64,000 nucleotides of DNA from an uncultured Candidatus Rokubacteria bacterium (GCA_963805625.1 CAWDVE010000004.1:125923-189922); one strand, 5' to 3'; positions 32,435 through 41,987 are shown, numbered from the stretch's first letter. The notes: generated by a model from the sequence alone, not told the origin. Made by a program: numbers and translations.

Positions 32435-34240
32435 ATGGACGAGCGCGGGCTTCGGCACTGGATCGTCCGAGTCAAGGACGGGAGCATCTCGCGCCGCCAG
32501 TTCACATGGATCATGGTCGGAGCGGGCCTGACGGCGCCGGTCGCCGCGCAGATGCTGGACGTCCAGGGTGCTCCGCGCGAGGCCGCGGCGCAGACGCGAC
32601 CGGCGTTCACGCCGACCCGGCGAGGCGGCGGCGGTGACGTGAAGGTTCTGTGGTGGCAGGGGCCTACCATCCTCAACCCGCACCTGTCGATCGGCGTCAA
32701 GGACGGAGACGGGTCGCGCATCTTCTACGAGCCGCTGATCTCGTTCGACCCCGAGGGCAACTTCGTGCCCGTCCTCGCCGCCGAGGTCCCGACGCTCCAG
32801 AACGGCGGCATCGCGCGGGACGGGCTGTCGGCGACCTGGAAGCTCAAGCGGAACGTGCAGTGGCACGACGGGAAGCCCCTCACCGCGGACGACTTCGTCT
32901 TCACGTGGGAGTACGCGGCCGACCCGGCGACGACGGCTATCTCGGCGGGGACCTACAAGGACGTCGCGCGCATCGAGAAGCTCGATGCCCACACGCTCAA
33001 GATCGTCTACAAGGCGCCGAACCCCGCGTGGTTCCAGACGTTCGGGGGCACGCTCTGCGTCATCCCGAAGCATGTCTTCGAGCCCTTCAGGGGCGCCAAG
33101 GCGCGCGAGGCGCCCGCCAATCTCAAGCCGGTCGGGACCGGGCCGTACCGGGTCGTCGATTTCAAGCCCGGTGACGCGATCCGGGCGGAGCTGAACCCCA
33201 ACTATCACGAGCCGAACTGGCCGTTCTTCGACCGATTGGAGCTCAAGGGTGGAGGGGACGCGGTCTCGGCGGCCCGTGCCGTCATCCAGACGGGCGAGTA
33301 CGACTTCGCCTGGAATATCCAGGTCGAGGACGACGTGCTCCGACGGATGGAGCAGGGCGGCAAGGGGCGGACGGACATCGCCCCGGCCGCTGGCATCGAG
33401 CATCTCCTCTGCAACTTCTCCGACCCCTGGACCGAGGTCGACGGGGAGCGCGGCAGCGCCAAGTCCGCACATCCCTTCCTCACCGACCCCGCCGTTCGTC
33501 AGGCCCTCAGCCTTCTCATCGACCGGGCGGCCATCCAGGAGCAGCTCTACGGGCGCCAGGGGCAGGCGACGGCCAACTACCTCAATGCGCCGAGCCGCTT
33601 CCGGTCTCCGAACACCCGGTGGGAGTTCAGCGTCGACAAGGCGAATGCGGCGCTCGATCGGGCCGGCTGGAAGCGCGGCGCCGACGGGATCCGCGCGAAG
33701 GACGGCAAGCGCCTGAAGATGGTCTATCAGACCTCGATCAACCCCGTACGACAGAAGACGCAGGCGATCGTCAAGCAGGCGGCCGCCAAGGCGGGGATCG
33801 AGATGGAGCTGAAGTCGGTCGTCGCCTCCGTGTACTTCGGCAGCGATCCCGGAAATCCGGACACGAGCTCGAAGTTCTGGGCCGACGTCCAGATGTACGC
33901 CTTCAACATGACGAGCGGCCCCGAGCCCCAGCGGTTCATGGATCCGTTCGTGTCGTGGGAGATCGCCACGAAGGCGAACAGCTGGTCGGGCCGCAACAAC
34001 ACCCGGTGGCGCAACGAGGAGTACGACCGCGCGTGGAAGGCCGCCGAGTCGGAGATGGACCCGGTGAAGCGGGCGGCGCTTTTCATTCGCATGAACGACC
34101 TCCTCACGCTGAACAACGTGATCGTGCCGATCACCTGGCGGGCAAACATCTCCGCGATCTCCAGCAAGCTCCGGAACACCGACATCTGCGGCTGGGATTC
34201 GAGCTTCTGGAACCTCACCCACTGGTATCGAGAGGTCTAG
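32435..34240 (+). CDS. Family 5 ABC substrate-binding protein, paralog 4
   Basis: ATG 32435 after GGAGGG, SRRQF signal, same core motifs. Confidence 0.9.
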   Translation: MDERGLRHWIVRVKDGSISRRQFTWIMVGAGLTAPVAAQMLDVQGAPREAAAQTRPAFTPTRRGGGGDVKVLWWQGPTILNPHLSIGVKDGDGSRIFYEPLISFDPEGNFVPVLAAEVPTLQNGGIARDGLSATWKLKRNVQWHDGKPLTADDFVFTWEYAADPATTAISAGTYKDVARIEKLDAHTLKIVYKAPNPAWFQTFGGTLCVIPKHVFEPFRGAKAREAPANLKPVGTGPYRVVDFKPGDAIRAELNPNYHEPNWPFFDRLELKGGGDAVSAARAVIQTGEYDFAWNIQVEDDVLRRMEQGGKGRTDIAPAAGIEHLLCNFSDPWTEVDGERGSAKSAHPFLTDPAVRQALSLLIDRAAIQEQLYGRQGQATANYLNAPSRFRSPNTRWEFSVDKANAALDRAGWKRGADGIRAKDGKRLKMVYQTSINPVRQKTQAIVKQAAAKAGIEMELKSVVASVYFGSDPGNPDTSSKFWADVQMYAFNMTSGPEPQRFMDPFVSWEIATKANSWSGRNNTRWRNEEYDRAWKAAESEMDPVKRAALFIRMNDLLTLNNVIVPITWRANISAISSKLRNTDICGWDSSFWNLTHWYREV

Positions 34241-34332
34241 CCGGCGCCGGTCCCGAGGGCCTCGACGCGGGGTTCCGGATTCGGAGGGCTCGAGCGGATG
34301 GATGAACGTCGAGGGCTGAGATCCTAGAGGCG

Positions 34333-35292
34333 ATGGGTACCTACTTCGTTCGGCGGCTCCTGACTGCACTCCCGGTGCTCATCGGGATCAGCGTCGTTCT
34401 GTTCACCCTCCTGGCCCTGGCGCCGGGCGACCCCTTCGGGGAGCTTGCCACCAACCCCAATGTCCCGCCCGAGGTGCGGATGAACCTCCGCAAGCAGTTC
34501 GGGCTGGACGACCCCGTTCCGGTCCGGTACGTGCGGTGGTTCTCCTCGATGCTCCGGGGGGACTGGGGCTACTCGTTCGTGAGCCGGGTGAACGTGGACG
34601 ACCTGATCCGGCAGCGCCTGGTGACCACGCTCTTCGTCCTGGGCTCCGCCCAGGTCCTGGCCCTCGCGATCGCGATTCCCGTCGGGGTCCTGTCCGCGCG
34701 GCGGCCGTACTCGCTGTTCGATCAGGTCGCCACCACGCTGGCCTTCATCGGGTTCTCCCTGCCGACCTTCTTCACCGGGCTGCTCTTCATTCTCTTCTTC
34801 AGCATCTATCTCGACTGGCTGCCGTTCATCTATCGAGCCGACATCCAGGCGAGTGGCTTCCGCTGGCTCTGGGAGAACCTCAAGCAGGGCATCATGCCCA
34901 TCACGGTTCTGGGCTTGCTGTTCGGCGCTCAGCTCACTCGTTTCGTACGGTCGTCGGTGCTCGACGTCATCCAGCTCGACTACATCCGCACCGCGCGCTC
35001 GAAGGGGCTCGCGGAGAAGAACACGCTGGTGAAACACGTCGTACGAAACGCGCTCATCCCCGTCGTGACCCTGCTCGCGATCCAGGTGCCCCAGCTCTTC
35101 ACGGGAGCCGTGGTGACGGAGCAGATCTTCCGGGTGCCCGGCATCGGCTCGCTCCTGATCAGCTCGATCCTGTCGAACGACACGCCGGTGATCATGGGCG
35201 TGACGTTCGTATATGCGGTGCTGGTGGTGATCTTCGGGTTTCTGGCGGACCTCGTGTACGGCTGGCTCGATCCGCGGATCTCGTTCCGCTGA
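34333..35292 (+). CDS. Peptide ABC permease, DppB/OppB-like
   Basis: PGDP, GDWGYS, DYIRTARSKGL (EAA loop), EQIFRVPGIG. Confidence 0.9.
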   Translation: MGTYFVRRLLTALPVLIGISVVLFTLLALAPGDPFGELATNPNVPPEVRMNLRKQFGLDDPVPVRYVRWFSSMLRGDWGYSFVSRVNVDDLIRQRLVTTLFVLGSAQVLALAIAIPVGVLSARRPYSLFDQVATTLAFIGFSLPTFFTGLLFILFFSIYLDWLPFIYRADIQASGFRWLWENLKQGIMPITVLGLLFGAQLTRFVRSSVLDVIQLDYIRTARSKGLAEKNTLVKHVVRNALIPVVTLLAIQVPQLFTGAVVTEQIFRVPGIGSLLISSILSNDTPVIMGVTFVYAVLVVIFGFLADLVYGWLDPRISFR

Positions 35293-35300
35293 GGGAGGTC

Positions 35301-36242
35301 ATGGCGGCGAACGGGACGGCCTCGGAGGCGCTGGCGGGACGGCTGGTTCGGGCGCGTGCCCGGCGGTCCGACTCGCTCTGGGCCGAGGCCGCCCGGCGGT
35401 TCCGGCGGCACCGGCTCGCCATGGTCGGGCTGGTCGTGCTCACGGCCATGGTCCTGGCCGTCGTCGTCGGACCGTTCGTCTACCGGGTCCCCATCGACGA
35501 GATCGACTTCCGGGCGAAGCTGAAGGCGCCCTCGTCCGCGCATCCGCTCGGCACCGATGACCTCGGGCAGGACATCCTGGCCCGGATCCTCTACGGGGGC
35601 CGGATCTCCCTGGCGGTGGGCGTCGTCGCCATGCTGCTCGGGATCTGCGTGGGCACGACGGTGGGGGCGGTGGCCGGCCAGTTCGGCGGCGCGGTCGACA
35701 GCGCCCTGATGCGGTGGACCGACCTGTTCCTGTCGCTGCCCCAGCTGCCGATTTTCCTGCTCGTGGTCTATCTGTTCCGCGACTCGATCAAGAAGGTCCT
35801 CGGCCCGGAGATCGGCATGTTCGTGCTGATCGTCGCGGTCATCGGTGCCCTGCGCTGGATGCCCGTCGCGCGTCTCGTGCGCGCGCAGTTCCTCTCGCTG
35901 CGCGAGAAGGAGTTCGTCGAGGCGGCTCGTGCGCTCGGCGTGCCCACGGCGCGCCAGGTCGTCCGCCACATCCTCCCCAATGCCATCGGCCCCGTGATTG
36001 TGGCCGGCTCGCTCGACGTGGCCGCGGCGATCATCCTCGAGTCGACGCTCTCGTTCCTCGGGCTCGGCTTCCCGCCCGACATCCCGACCTGGGGTCGGAT
36101 CCTCTCCGACGCCAAGGACAACCTCGACTTCGCGCCCCACTGGGCCATCTTTCCGGGCACGGCGATCTTCCTCGCGGTGCTGGCGATCAACTTCATCGGC
36201 GACGGCCTGCGCGACGCGCTGGACCCGCGGCGGGTGCTGTGA
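35301..36242 (+). CDS. Peptide ABC permease, DppC/OppC-like
   Basis: HPLGTDDLGQD, EFVEAARALG, GDGLRDALDPR. Confidence 0.9.
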   Translation: MAANGTASEALAGRLVRARARRSDSLWAEAARRFRRHRLAMVGLVVLTAMVLAVVVGPFVYRVPIDEIDFRAKLKAPSSAHPLGTDDLGQDILARILYGGRISLAVGVVAMLLGICVGTTVGAVAGQFGGAVDSALMRWTDLFLSLPQLPIFLLVVYLFRDSIKKVLGPEIGMFVLIVAVIGALRWMPVARLVRAQFLSLREKEFVEAARALGVPTARQVVRHILPNAIGPVIVAGSLDVAAAIILESTLSFLGLGFPPDIPTWGRILSDAKDNLDFAPHWAIFPGTAIFLAVLAINFIGDGLRDALDPRRVL

Positions 36243-36366
36243 GGGGCCGTCGTCGTCGCTGACGGTGGGTGACCCGGCCGGGGCCCGCCGGTCCCGGCCT
36301 CGGTGGGGCGACGGCCTGCGGGACGCGGTGGGCCCGAAGAGTCCGGCCTGGCGTCGCGGGTGCGGG

Positions 36367-36603
36367 TCAGCCCGCCGGGAAACCGGGACGGGTCATGGTC
36401 GCGCTGCGCGGCAGGAGCGCGTCATCTTCTCGCCGGTTCTCGATCACCTGCACTCGCGGGTCGTCGCGAAACATGGTCCGGAGCTCGGTGACGAGGCGCG
36501 CATGGCCGCGAGCCACCACGAGGAGCCAGGGGGCCCGGGGCCAGGCCCCGTCGCCAGGGGCAGGGTCGAGCGCCCGGGTCCGGGGGTGGACTTCACCGGT
36601 CAT
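36367..36603 (-). CDS. Small hypothetical protein (78 aa)
   Basis: GGAGGG RBS before ATG 36603; WLLVVARGHARLVTELRTMF...VQVIENRR resembles the N-terminus of 53420-53926. Confidence 0.55.
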   Translation of the reverse strand: MTGEVHPRTRALDPAPGDGAWPRAPWLLVVARGHARLVTELRTMFRDDPRVQVIENRREDDALLPRSATMTRPGFPAG

Positions 36604-36640
36604 GGTGTGTGTCCCTCCCACGCGCTCCTGCGGTGTCCGT

Positions 36641-37129
36641 TCAGGCCGCCCCGGTTGGCGCTCCGTCACCATTCGCCGGCTCGGGCCTGACGCCCAGTCG
36701 ACCGACGAAGTCCGCCACGCGCCGGCGCGTTTGCTCTCCGTCCACCTGGAGCTCGGCGAGACCCAGGCACTCCTCGACGACCTCGCGATCGCCGAGATCT
36801 GCGAAGGCCTCCGCGGCCCGAAGGATCCCCTCGACCGAGTTCTCCCGGCACGCGCGGTAGAGGGCGGCGAAGAATGCTCGCCGGGCCGCCGGCTCGGCGA
36901 GCATTCGCCCCTCGGTGGCGTCGCCGATCCGGAGGGAGGCCTGCCCCGTCGCGATCAGGCCCTCCCAGCTGAAGCTTTCGACCGCAGCGAGGTGGGCGCT
37001 CTTCCAGGCTCGCCGGGCTTCGTCAACGTCGCGCTGCCCGAGGGCGCGGTCCACACCTCGGAGGTGCCCGCGCCACGAGTTGTTGAGGACCGTCTCGCGC
37101 GCGCCTACTTTCTGCTCCACCCTGGCCAT
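36641..37129 (-). CDS. Hypothetical helical-repeat protein, no signal peptide
   Basis: Clear paralog of 37156-37677 (SWEGLIATG vs RWDGMICAG; SVEGILRAAEAFADLGD vs SVEGILRATEGYAALGD); start 37129 or 37156. Confidence 0.7.
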   Translation of the reverse strand: MARVEQKVGARETVLNNSWRGHLRGVDRALGQRDVDEARRAWKSAHLAAVESFSWEGLIATGQASLRIGDATEGRMLAEPAARRAFFAALYRACRENSVEGILRAAEAFADLGDREVVEECLGLAELQVDGEQTRRRVADFVGRLGVRPEPANGDGAPTGAA

Positions 37130-37155
37130 CCCCGCGGCGGGCCTCCGCGTGACCA

Positions 37156-37677
37156 CTACCGGAGCTCCCCGACGAGAAGGGTGTCGCTGAGGCGAGCCCG
37201 GAACGTGCGGATGTCCGCCTGGGCCTCCGGGTCCCGCGCCGCCAGTCGCTCGGCCACCCGGAGCCCGAGCCCGACCATCTGCGTGTCTCCGAGCGCGGCG
37301 TAGCCCTCCGTCGCACGGAGGATGCCCTCCACCGACGCCTGCTGCCGGGCGCGGAAGAAGGCCTTCTGGTAGGCCTCGCGGGCCTTGCTCTCGAACGACC
37401 GCCGAAGGCCCGTGGCCTCACCGATCCGGCGATAGAGATCTCCGGCACAGATCATCCCGTCCCAGCGCGTGGTCCCGAGCGCGAGGGTGTAGGCGTCGTT
37501 GGCGGCCCGCAGCGCCGCGCTGTACTCCTTGCGGGCGAGCGCGGTGTCGACCTGCTGGATCGCCGGAGCCCAGGGGTCGTCAGCGGTGGCGAGGGCCGCC
37601 ACGTTCCCGGCCAGCCCGACCGTCACCAGCATGAAGGACACTGCCAGACCTGAGCGTAGGTAGCGTCTTCTAGTCAT
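37156..37677 (-). CDS. Hypothetical helical-repeat protein with signal peptide
   Basis: AGGAGG RBS; basic N-terminus, hydrophobic core and ATA cleavage-like site; paralog of the downstream gene. Confidence 0.72.
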   Translation of the reverse strand: MTRRRYLRSGLAVSFMLVTVGLAGNVAALATADDPWAPAIQQVDTALARKEYSAALRAANDAYTLALGTTRWDGMICAGDLYRRIGEATGLRRSFESKAREAYQKAFFRARQQASVEGILRATEGYAALGDTQMVGLGLRVAERLAARDPEAQADIRTFRARLSDTLLVGELR

Positions 37678-37727
37678 CTCTTGCTGCCTCCTGTCAGGGT
37701 TGACTGCCGCATTCCATCCGGTGATAT

Positions 37728-37743
37728 CGCAACCCAGGTGCCA
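37728..37743 (-). promoter_or_regulatory. Sigma54 (-24/-12) promoter
   Basis: TGGCACCTGGGTTGCG on the minus strand (GG-N10-GC), 50 bp upstream of ATG 37677. Confidence 0.8.
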
Positions 37744-37842
37744 CAGTGAATGGCAATGAATCCAACCACTTGGATAGATACAATCCGGTGGTGGTAGATG
37801 GTGGTGGTGGAAGCTTGACCACCCATCCTCTACCGGAGCACG

Positions 37843-40800
37843 ATGGCAAGCGCCATGACCCTCATGCCGGACCTGGTTGGCGAGAGCCCTGGCATCGTGG
37901 CGATCCGAGAACGGATCGCCCGCCTGGTCGCCCGGGCGTCTGACCTCCGTCGCCTGCCGCCCGTCCTGATCCAGGGAGAGACCGGCAGCGGTAAGGGTCT
38001 GGTGGCCCGGGCGCTCCACCGGGCGGGCCCCCGCTCCGGCGGGCCCTTCGTCGACATCAACTGCGCAGCGATTCCCGAGACCCTCCTAGAGGCGGAGATG
38101 TTCGGATTCGAGCGGGGCGCCTTCACGGATGCCCACCAGGCGAAGAAGGGGCTCTTCCAGACCGCCCACCGGGGCACGCTGTTCCTGGACGAGATCGGGC
38201 TCCTGCCCGACGGCCTGCAGGCCAAGCTGCTCACGGTGCTGGAGGAGCGCACCGTCCGGCGCCTTGGCGCGACCCAGAGCGACCCGGTGGACGTCTGGAT
38301 CATCACCGCGACCAACCTCGACCTTCAGGCAGCGACGCGGGCGGGCCGCTTCCGCGAGGATCTCTATCATCGGCTCGCGGTCCTGACGCTCACGTTACCA
38401 CCCCTGCGGGAGCGGCAGCATGACGTCGTGCTTCTCGCAGAGCACTTCCTGGCACGAGCGTGCGCCGACTACGGGCTCCCGGCGAAGACGCTGGCGCCCG
38501 ACGCTCGGGCGGCGCTCGTCGCCTACCGGTGGCCTGGCAACGTCCGCGAGCTCATCAACACCATGGAGCGCGTGGCGCTGCTCGCCGAGGCGTCCGTCGT
38601 CACGGCCGACATTCTGGGTCTCTCCGACGAGGGGCCGAGCCCCGGTGCCATTGGCGCCGCGCCGGAGGTGGCCGCCCCGCGGACGCTGGCCGCGGTCGTG
38701 GATGGCGCCGAGCGGGCCCACGTCCAGGAGGCGCTCGAGGCCACCGGCTGGAACGTCACGCGCGCGGCGGCGCGCCTGGGGATCTCCCGCAATACGATTC
38801 GCTACCGCATGGAGAAGCACGGGCTGCGTCCCGGCGCGCCGGCGCCGCCCCGCCGGCCTCGACAGCCCCCGCCCGCGTCGCCGCCCCCGCCACCTCCAGC
38901 GGCGGGCGTTCCGCCCACGCGCACCGGGATCCGCTGGGAGCGCCGGCGTCTGGCCGTCCTCCTGGCGACGCTCGCCTCCGGACGCGACATCGGCCCCCTG
39001 GACACCGGGCGAGTGATCGAAGTCCTCGTCGACAAGGCGCGGTCGTTCGGTGGCCGCGTGGAGGAGCTCGGGGCCAGCGGGTTCGTCGCGCTCTTCGGGC
39101 TCGAGCCGATCGAGGACCCGGTGCGCCGGGCGGCGCTGGCGGCGGTCGCCATGCAACGGGCCGTCGAGCGCACGTCGGACGGCGGTCCCGGCCCGGGTCT
39201 CCGGATCGGCATCGACCTGGGGTCATTTCTCCTCGGGCGCCTTCCGGACGCGTCGCTGGTCGACGCGGAGGACAAGCGGGCGGTGCTGGGCGTGATGGGC
39301 ACGCTCCTGGAGGGCGCGGAGCCCGGCACAGTCATCGTCAGCGCCGCGGGGGCGCCCTTCCTGGCCCGGGGGTTCGACCTATCCCCGTTCGGCGCCGCGC
39401 TCGGGCGCCGGGCGGCCTTCCGGCTCGATGGGCTCGAGCGAGGGGAGGCCGCGAGCAGTCGTCGCACGCGCTTCGTCGGTCGCGACCACGAGCTGGACCT
39501 CTTGCGGAGCCGGCTGGCGGCGGCCGTGCGGGGTCAGGGGCAGGTGGTCGCCATCGCCGGCGAGGCGGGCATTGGCAAGTCGCGGCTCGTCGTCGAGCTC
39601 CGCCGGGGCCTGTCCGACGGTCTGTTCCTCGAAGGGCACTGCCTTCCCTACGCGACGCCGATCCCGTGTCTGCCGATCGTCGAGCTTCTCCGAGCGGCGT
39701 GCGCGATCGTCGAGACCGACGGACCGGAGGGCGTCCGCGAGAAGCTGCGGGCGACGCTGGACCGCGCCGGCATGGATGCGCTCGCGGTGACGCCGTACCT
39801 GCTCGAGCTCCTGGACCCCGGCGCGGGCGGCGAGGCGCCGGGGCGCCTCAGCCCCGAGGTGGTCAAGGCTCGGACCTTCGAGGCCCTGCGCGAGTTGAGC
39901 CGGCGACTTGCCGGCTTGGAGCCGCTCGTGCTCGTCGTGGAGGACCTCCACTGGGTCGACCGGACCTCGGAGGAGTACCTTGGGACGCTCGTCGATGTCG
40001 TCGCGGGTGCGCGGATCCTCCTCGTCACCACTCACCGGCCGGGATACCGGCCGCCGTGGATGGACAGGTCCTTCGCGACCCAGGTGGCGCTCCAGCCGCT
40101 GTCGGCTCGGGAGAGTCTGAGCCTGGTCCGGGACGTGATTGGCGCCGCCGAGGTCGACGAGCCCACGGTCGAGATGATCGTCGCCAAGGCCGAGGGCAAT
40201 CCGTTTTTCACCGAGGAGCTGGCCCGGGCGGTGGCCGAGGGCGGCAGCCCCATGCCGGGGTCGGCGGTCCCGGACACCGTCGAGGGGGTGCTCATGGCCC
40301 GCATCGACCGGCTGGCGGCCGAGGACAAGCGCGTCCTTCAGGCGGCGGCGGTCATCGGGCGAAGCCTCCCCTTCCTCCTACTCCAGGCGATCCTGGATCC
40401 GGCCGACGAGGTCCTGCGCGAGCGGCTCGCACGGCTTCAGGGCGCGGAGTTTCTCTACGAGACGCGCGCGGCCTCGGAGCTCGAATACACGTTCAAGCAC
40501 GCGTTGACTCACGAGGTGGCGTACGCGAGCCTCCTGCCCGCGCAGCGGCGGGCTCTCCACGCCCGCATCGTCGACGCCCTCGAGAGCTGGCAGCGGGAAG
40601 GTCGAGAGGAGCTCGTCGAGCGGCTGGCGCACCACGCGATCCAGGCCGAGGCGTGGGAGAAAGCCGTCGACTACGCGCGGCGCGCGGGACTCCAGGCGAT
40701 GAGCCGGTCGGCGCACCGGGATGCCGCAGCCTGGTTCGACCAGGCCGTGGCGGCCCTGGGCCACCTCCCCGAGCGGCGCGAGCTCCTCGAGCAGGCGATT

Positions 40801-41940
40801 GACATTCAGTTCGATCTGCGGAACGCTTTGTGGCCGCTGGCGGAATTCCGGCGGGTCTTCGACTGTCTCAAGCGCGCGGAGCACCTCGCGACGACGCTTG
40901 GAGATCAGAGGCGGCTGGCGATGACGTTCGCCCTCCTGACGCCCATGTTCTCGACACGCGAGGAGCGGGCCCAGGGAGTCGAGTACGGGCGGCGGGCGCT
41001 CGACATCGGGGCGGCCATCGGGGACGGCACGGTGCAGGTCGTGGCGAGCCTGTACCTGGCCATGGCATACCTCACGCTTGGCAACTACCGGAGGGCGACG
41101 AAGTTCGCCCGGAAGAACATCGCCCTCCTCCAGGGGGACGTGCGGCTCGAGCGGCTCGGTCCTCACGGCCTGCATGCCGAGCCTGCCATTCTTCCCCGGA
41201 CGCTCCTGCTCTGGGGCTTCGCCGAGCTCGGCGAGTTTGCGGAGGCGCAGCTCGTTCTCGACGAGAGCCTGCGCATCGCGGAGACGATCAACCACCCGTA
41301 CTCGCAGACCTTCCTGGCCCTGGGGGAAGGGATCCTCCGTGTCCGTCAGGGCGATCTGCCGAGGGCGGTGACAACGCTCGAGCGAAGCCTGGCGCTCTGC
41401 CGGCAGTGGCAGCTCGCGGCCCTCTTCGACGTGATCGCGGGGCACCTGGGCGTCGCCTACACGCTGGCGGGGCGCGCGGCCGAGGCGATTCCCTTGCTGG
41501 AAGAGGCTCTCGAGCGAGGCAACCGGCACTGGCTCGAGCCCGTCCCGTCCTTGGGGCTGGCCGAGGCCTACCTGCGGGCGGGCCGCACACGGGACGCGAG
41601 CCAGCAGGCGGACCGGGCCCTCGATCTGGCGCGCCAGCGAGGTCAGCGGGGGCACGAGGCGTGGATCCGGTGGCTGCACGGCGAGATCGCGGCGCAGAAC
41701 GACGCGGCTGGGCCGCTCATGGTCGAGGAGCACTACCGGCAGGCGCTCGTCCTCGCCACCGAGCTCGGGATGCAGCCGCTGGCCGCCCACTGCCATCTGG
41801 GCCTCGGCCAATGGTACCGTCGCGCCGGTGACCGCGCCAAGGCGCAGGAGCACATGGCGATCGCGCGGACGCTGTATCGAGGGATGAACGTGACGCTCTG
41901 GCTGGCTCAGGTCGAGGCCGAGCAGCCGGTGAGCGCGTAG
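37843..41940 (+). CDS. Sigma54 activator AAA+/Fis-HTH fused to a degenerate class III cyclase-like domain, STAND ATPase and TPRs
   Basis: GETGSGKG, MFGFERGAFTDA, LFLDEIG, FREDLYHRL, WPGNVREL, HTH (NVTRAAARLGISRNTIRYR); then FVGRDHEL, GEAGIGKS, VVEDLHWVD, GNPFF, FKHALTHEVAY and helical repeats. Confidence 0.88.
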   Translation: MASAMTLMPDLVGESPGIVAIRERIARLVARASDLRRLPPVLIQGETGSGKGLVARALHRAGPRSGGPFVDINCAAIPETLLEAEMFGFERGAFTDAHQAKKGLFQTAHRGTLFLDEIGLLPDGLQAKLLTVLEERTVRRLGATQSDPVDVWIITATNLDLQAATRAGRFREDLYHRLAVLTLTLPPLRERQHDVVLLAEHFLARACADYGLPAKTLAPDARAALVAYRWPGNVRELINTMERVALLAEASVVTADILGLSDEGPSPGAIGAAPEVAAPRTLAAVVDGAERAHVQEALEATGWNVTRAAARLGISRNTIRYRMEKHGLRPGAPAPPRRPRQPPPASPPPPPPAAGVPPTRTGIRWERRRLAVLLATLASGRDIGPLDTGRVIEVLVDKARSFGGRVEELGASGFVALFGLEPIEDPVRRAALAAVAMQRAVERTSDGGPGPGLRIGIDLGSFLLGRLPDASLVDAEDKRAVLGVMGTLLEGAEPGTVIVSAAGAPFLARGFDLSPFGAALGRRAAFRLDGLERGEAASSRRTRFVGRDHELDLLRSRLAAAVRGQGQVVAIAGEAGIGKSRLVVELRRGLSDGLFLEGHCLPYATPIPCLPIVELLRAACAIVETDGPEGVREKLRATLDRAGMDALAVTPYLLELLDPGAGGEAPGRLSPEVVKARTFEALRELSRRLAGLEPLVLVVEDLHWVDRTSEEYLGTLVDVVAGARILLVTTHRPGYRPPWMDRSFATQVALQPLSARESLSLVRDVIGAAEVDEPTVEMIVAKAEGNPFFTEELARAVAEGGSPMPGSAVPDTVEGVLMARIDRLAAEDKRVLQAAAVIGRSLPFLLLQAILDPADEVLRERLARLQGAEFLYETRAASELEYTFKHALTHEVAYASLLPAQRRALHARIVDALESWQREGREELVERLAHHAIQAEAWEKAVDYARRAGLQAMSRSAHRDAAAWFDQAVAALGHLPERRELLEQAIDIQFDLRNALWPLAEFRRVFDCLKRAEHLATTLGDQRRLAMTFALLTPMFSTREERAQGVEYGRRALDIGAAIGDGTVQVVASLYLAMAYLTLGNYRRATKFARKNIALLQGDVRLERLGPHGLHAEPAILPRTLLLWGFAELGEFAEAQLVLDESLRIAETINHPYSQTFLALGEGILRVRQGDLPRAVTTLERSLALCRQWQLAALFDVIAGHLGVAYTLAGRAAEAIPLLEEALERGNRHWLEPVPSLGLAEAYLRAGRTRDASQQADRALDLARQRGQRGHEAWIRWLHGEIAAQNDAAGPLMVEEHYRQALVLATELGMQPLAAHCHLGLGQWYRRAGDRAKAQEHMAIARTLYRGMNVTLWLAQVEAEQPVSA

Positions 41941-41987
41941 CCGGCGCACGATCCGCCCCGCCGCTCGGGACGATCTGCGGAGCCGGG

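Noticed and set aside
26683-34240. Near-identical DNA blocks among SBP genes as a diversity-generating or cassette-switching system
   Set aside because: No reverse transcriptase or recombinase, no adenine-specific variation seen, and all four genes are intact; ordinary paralogy suffices.
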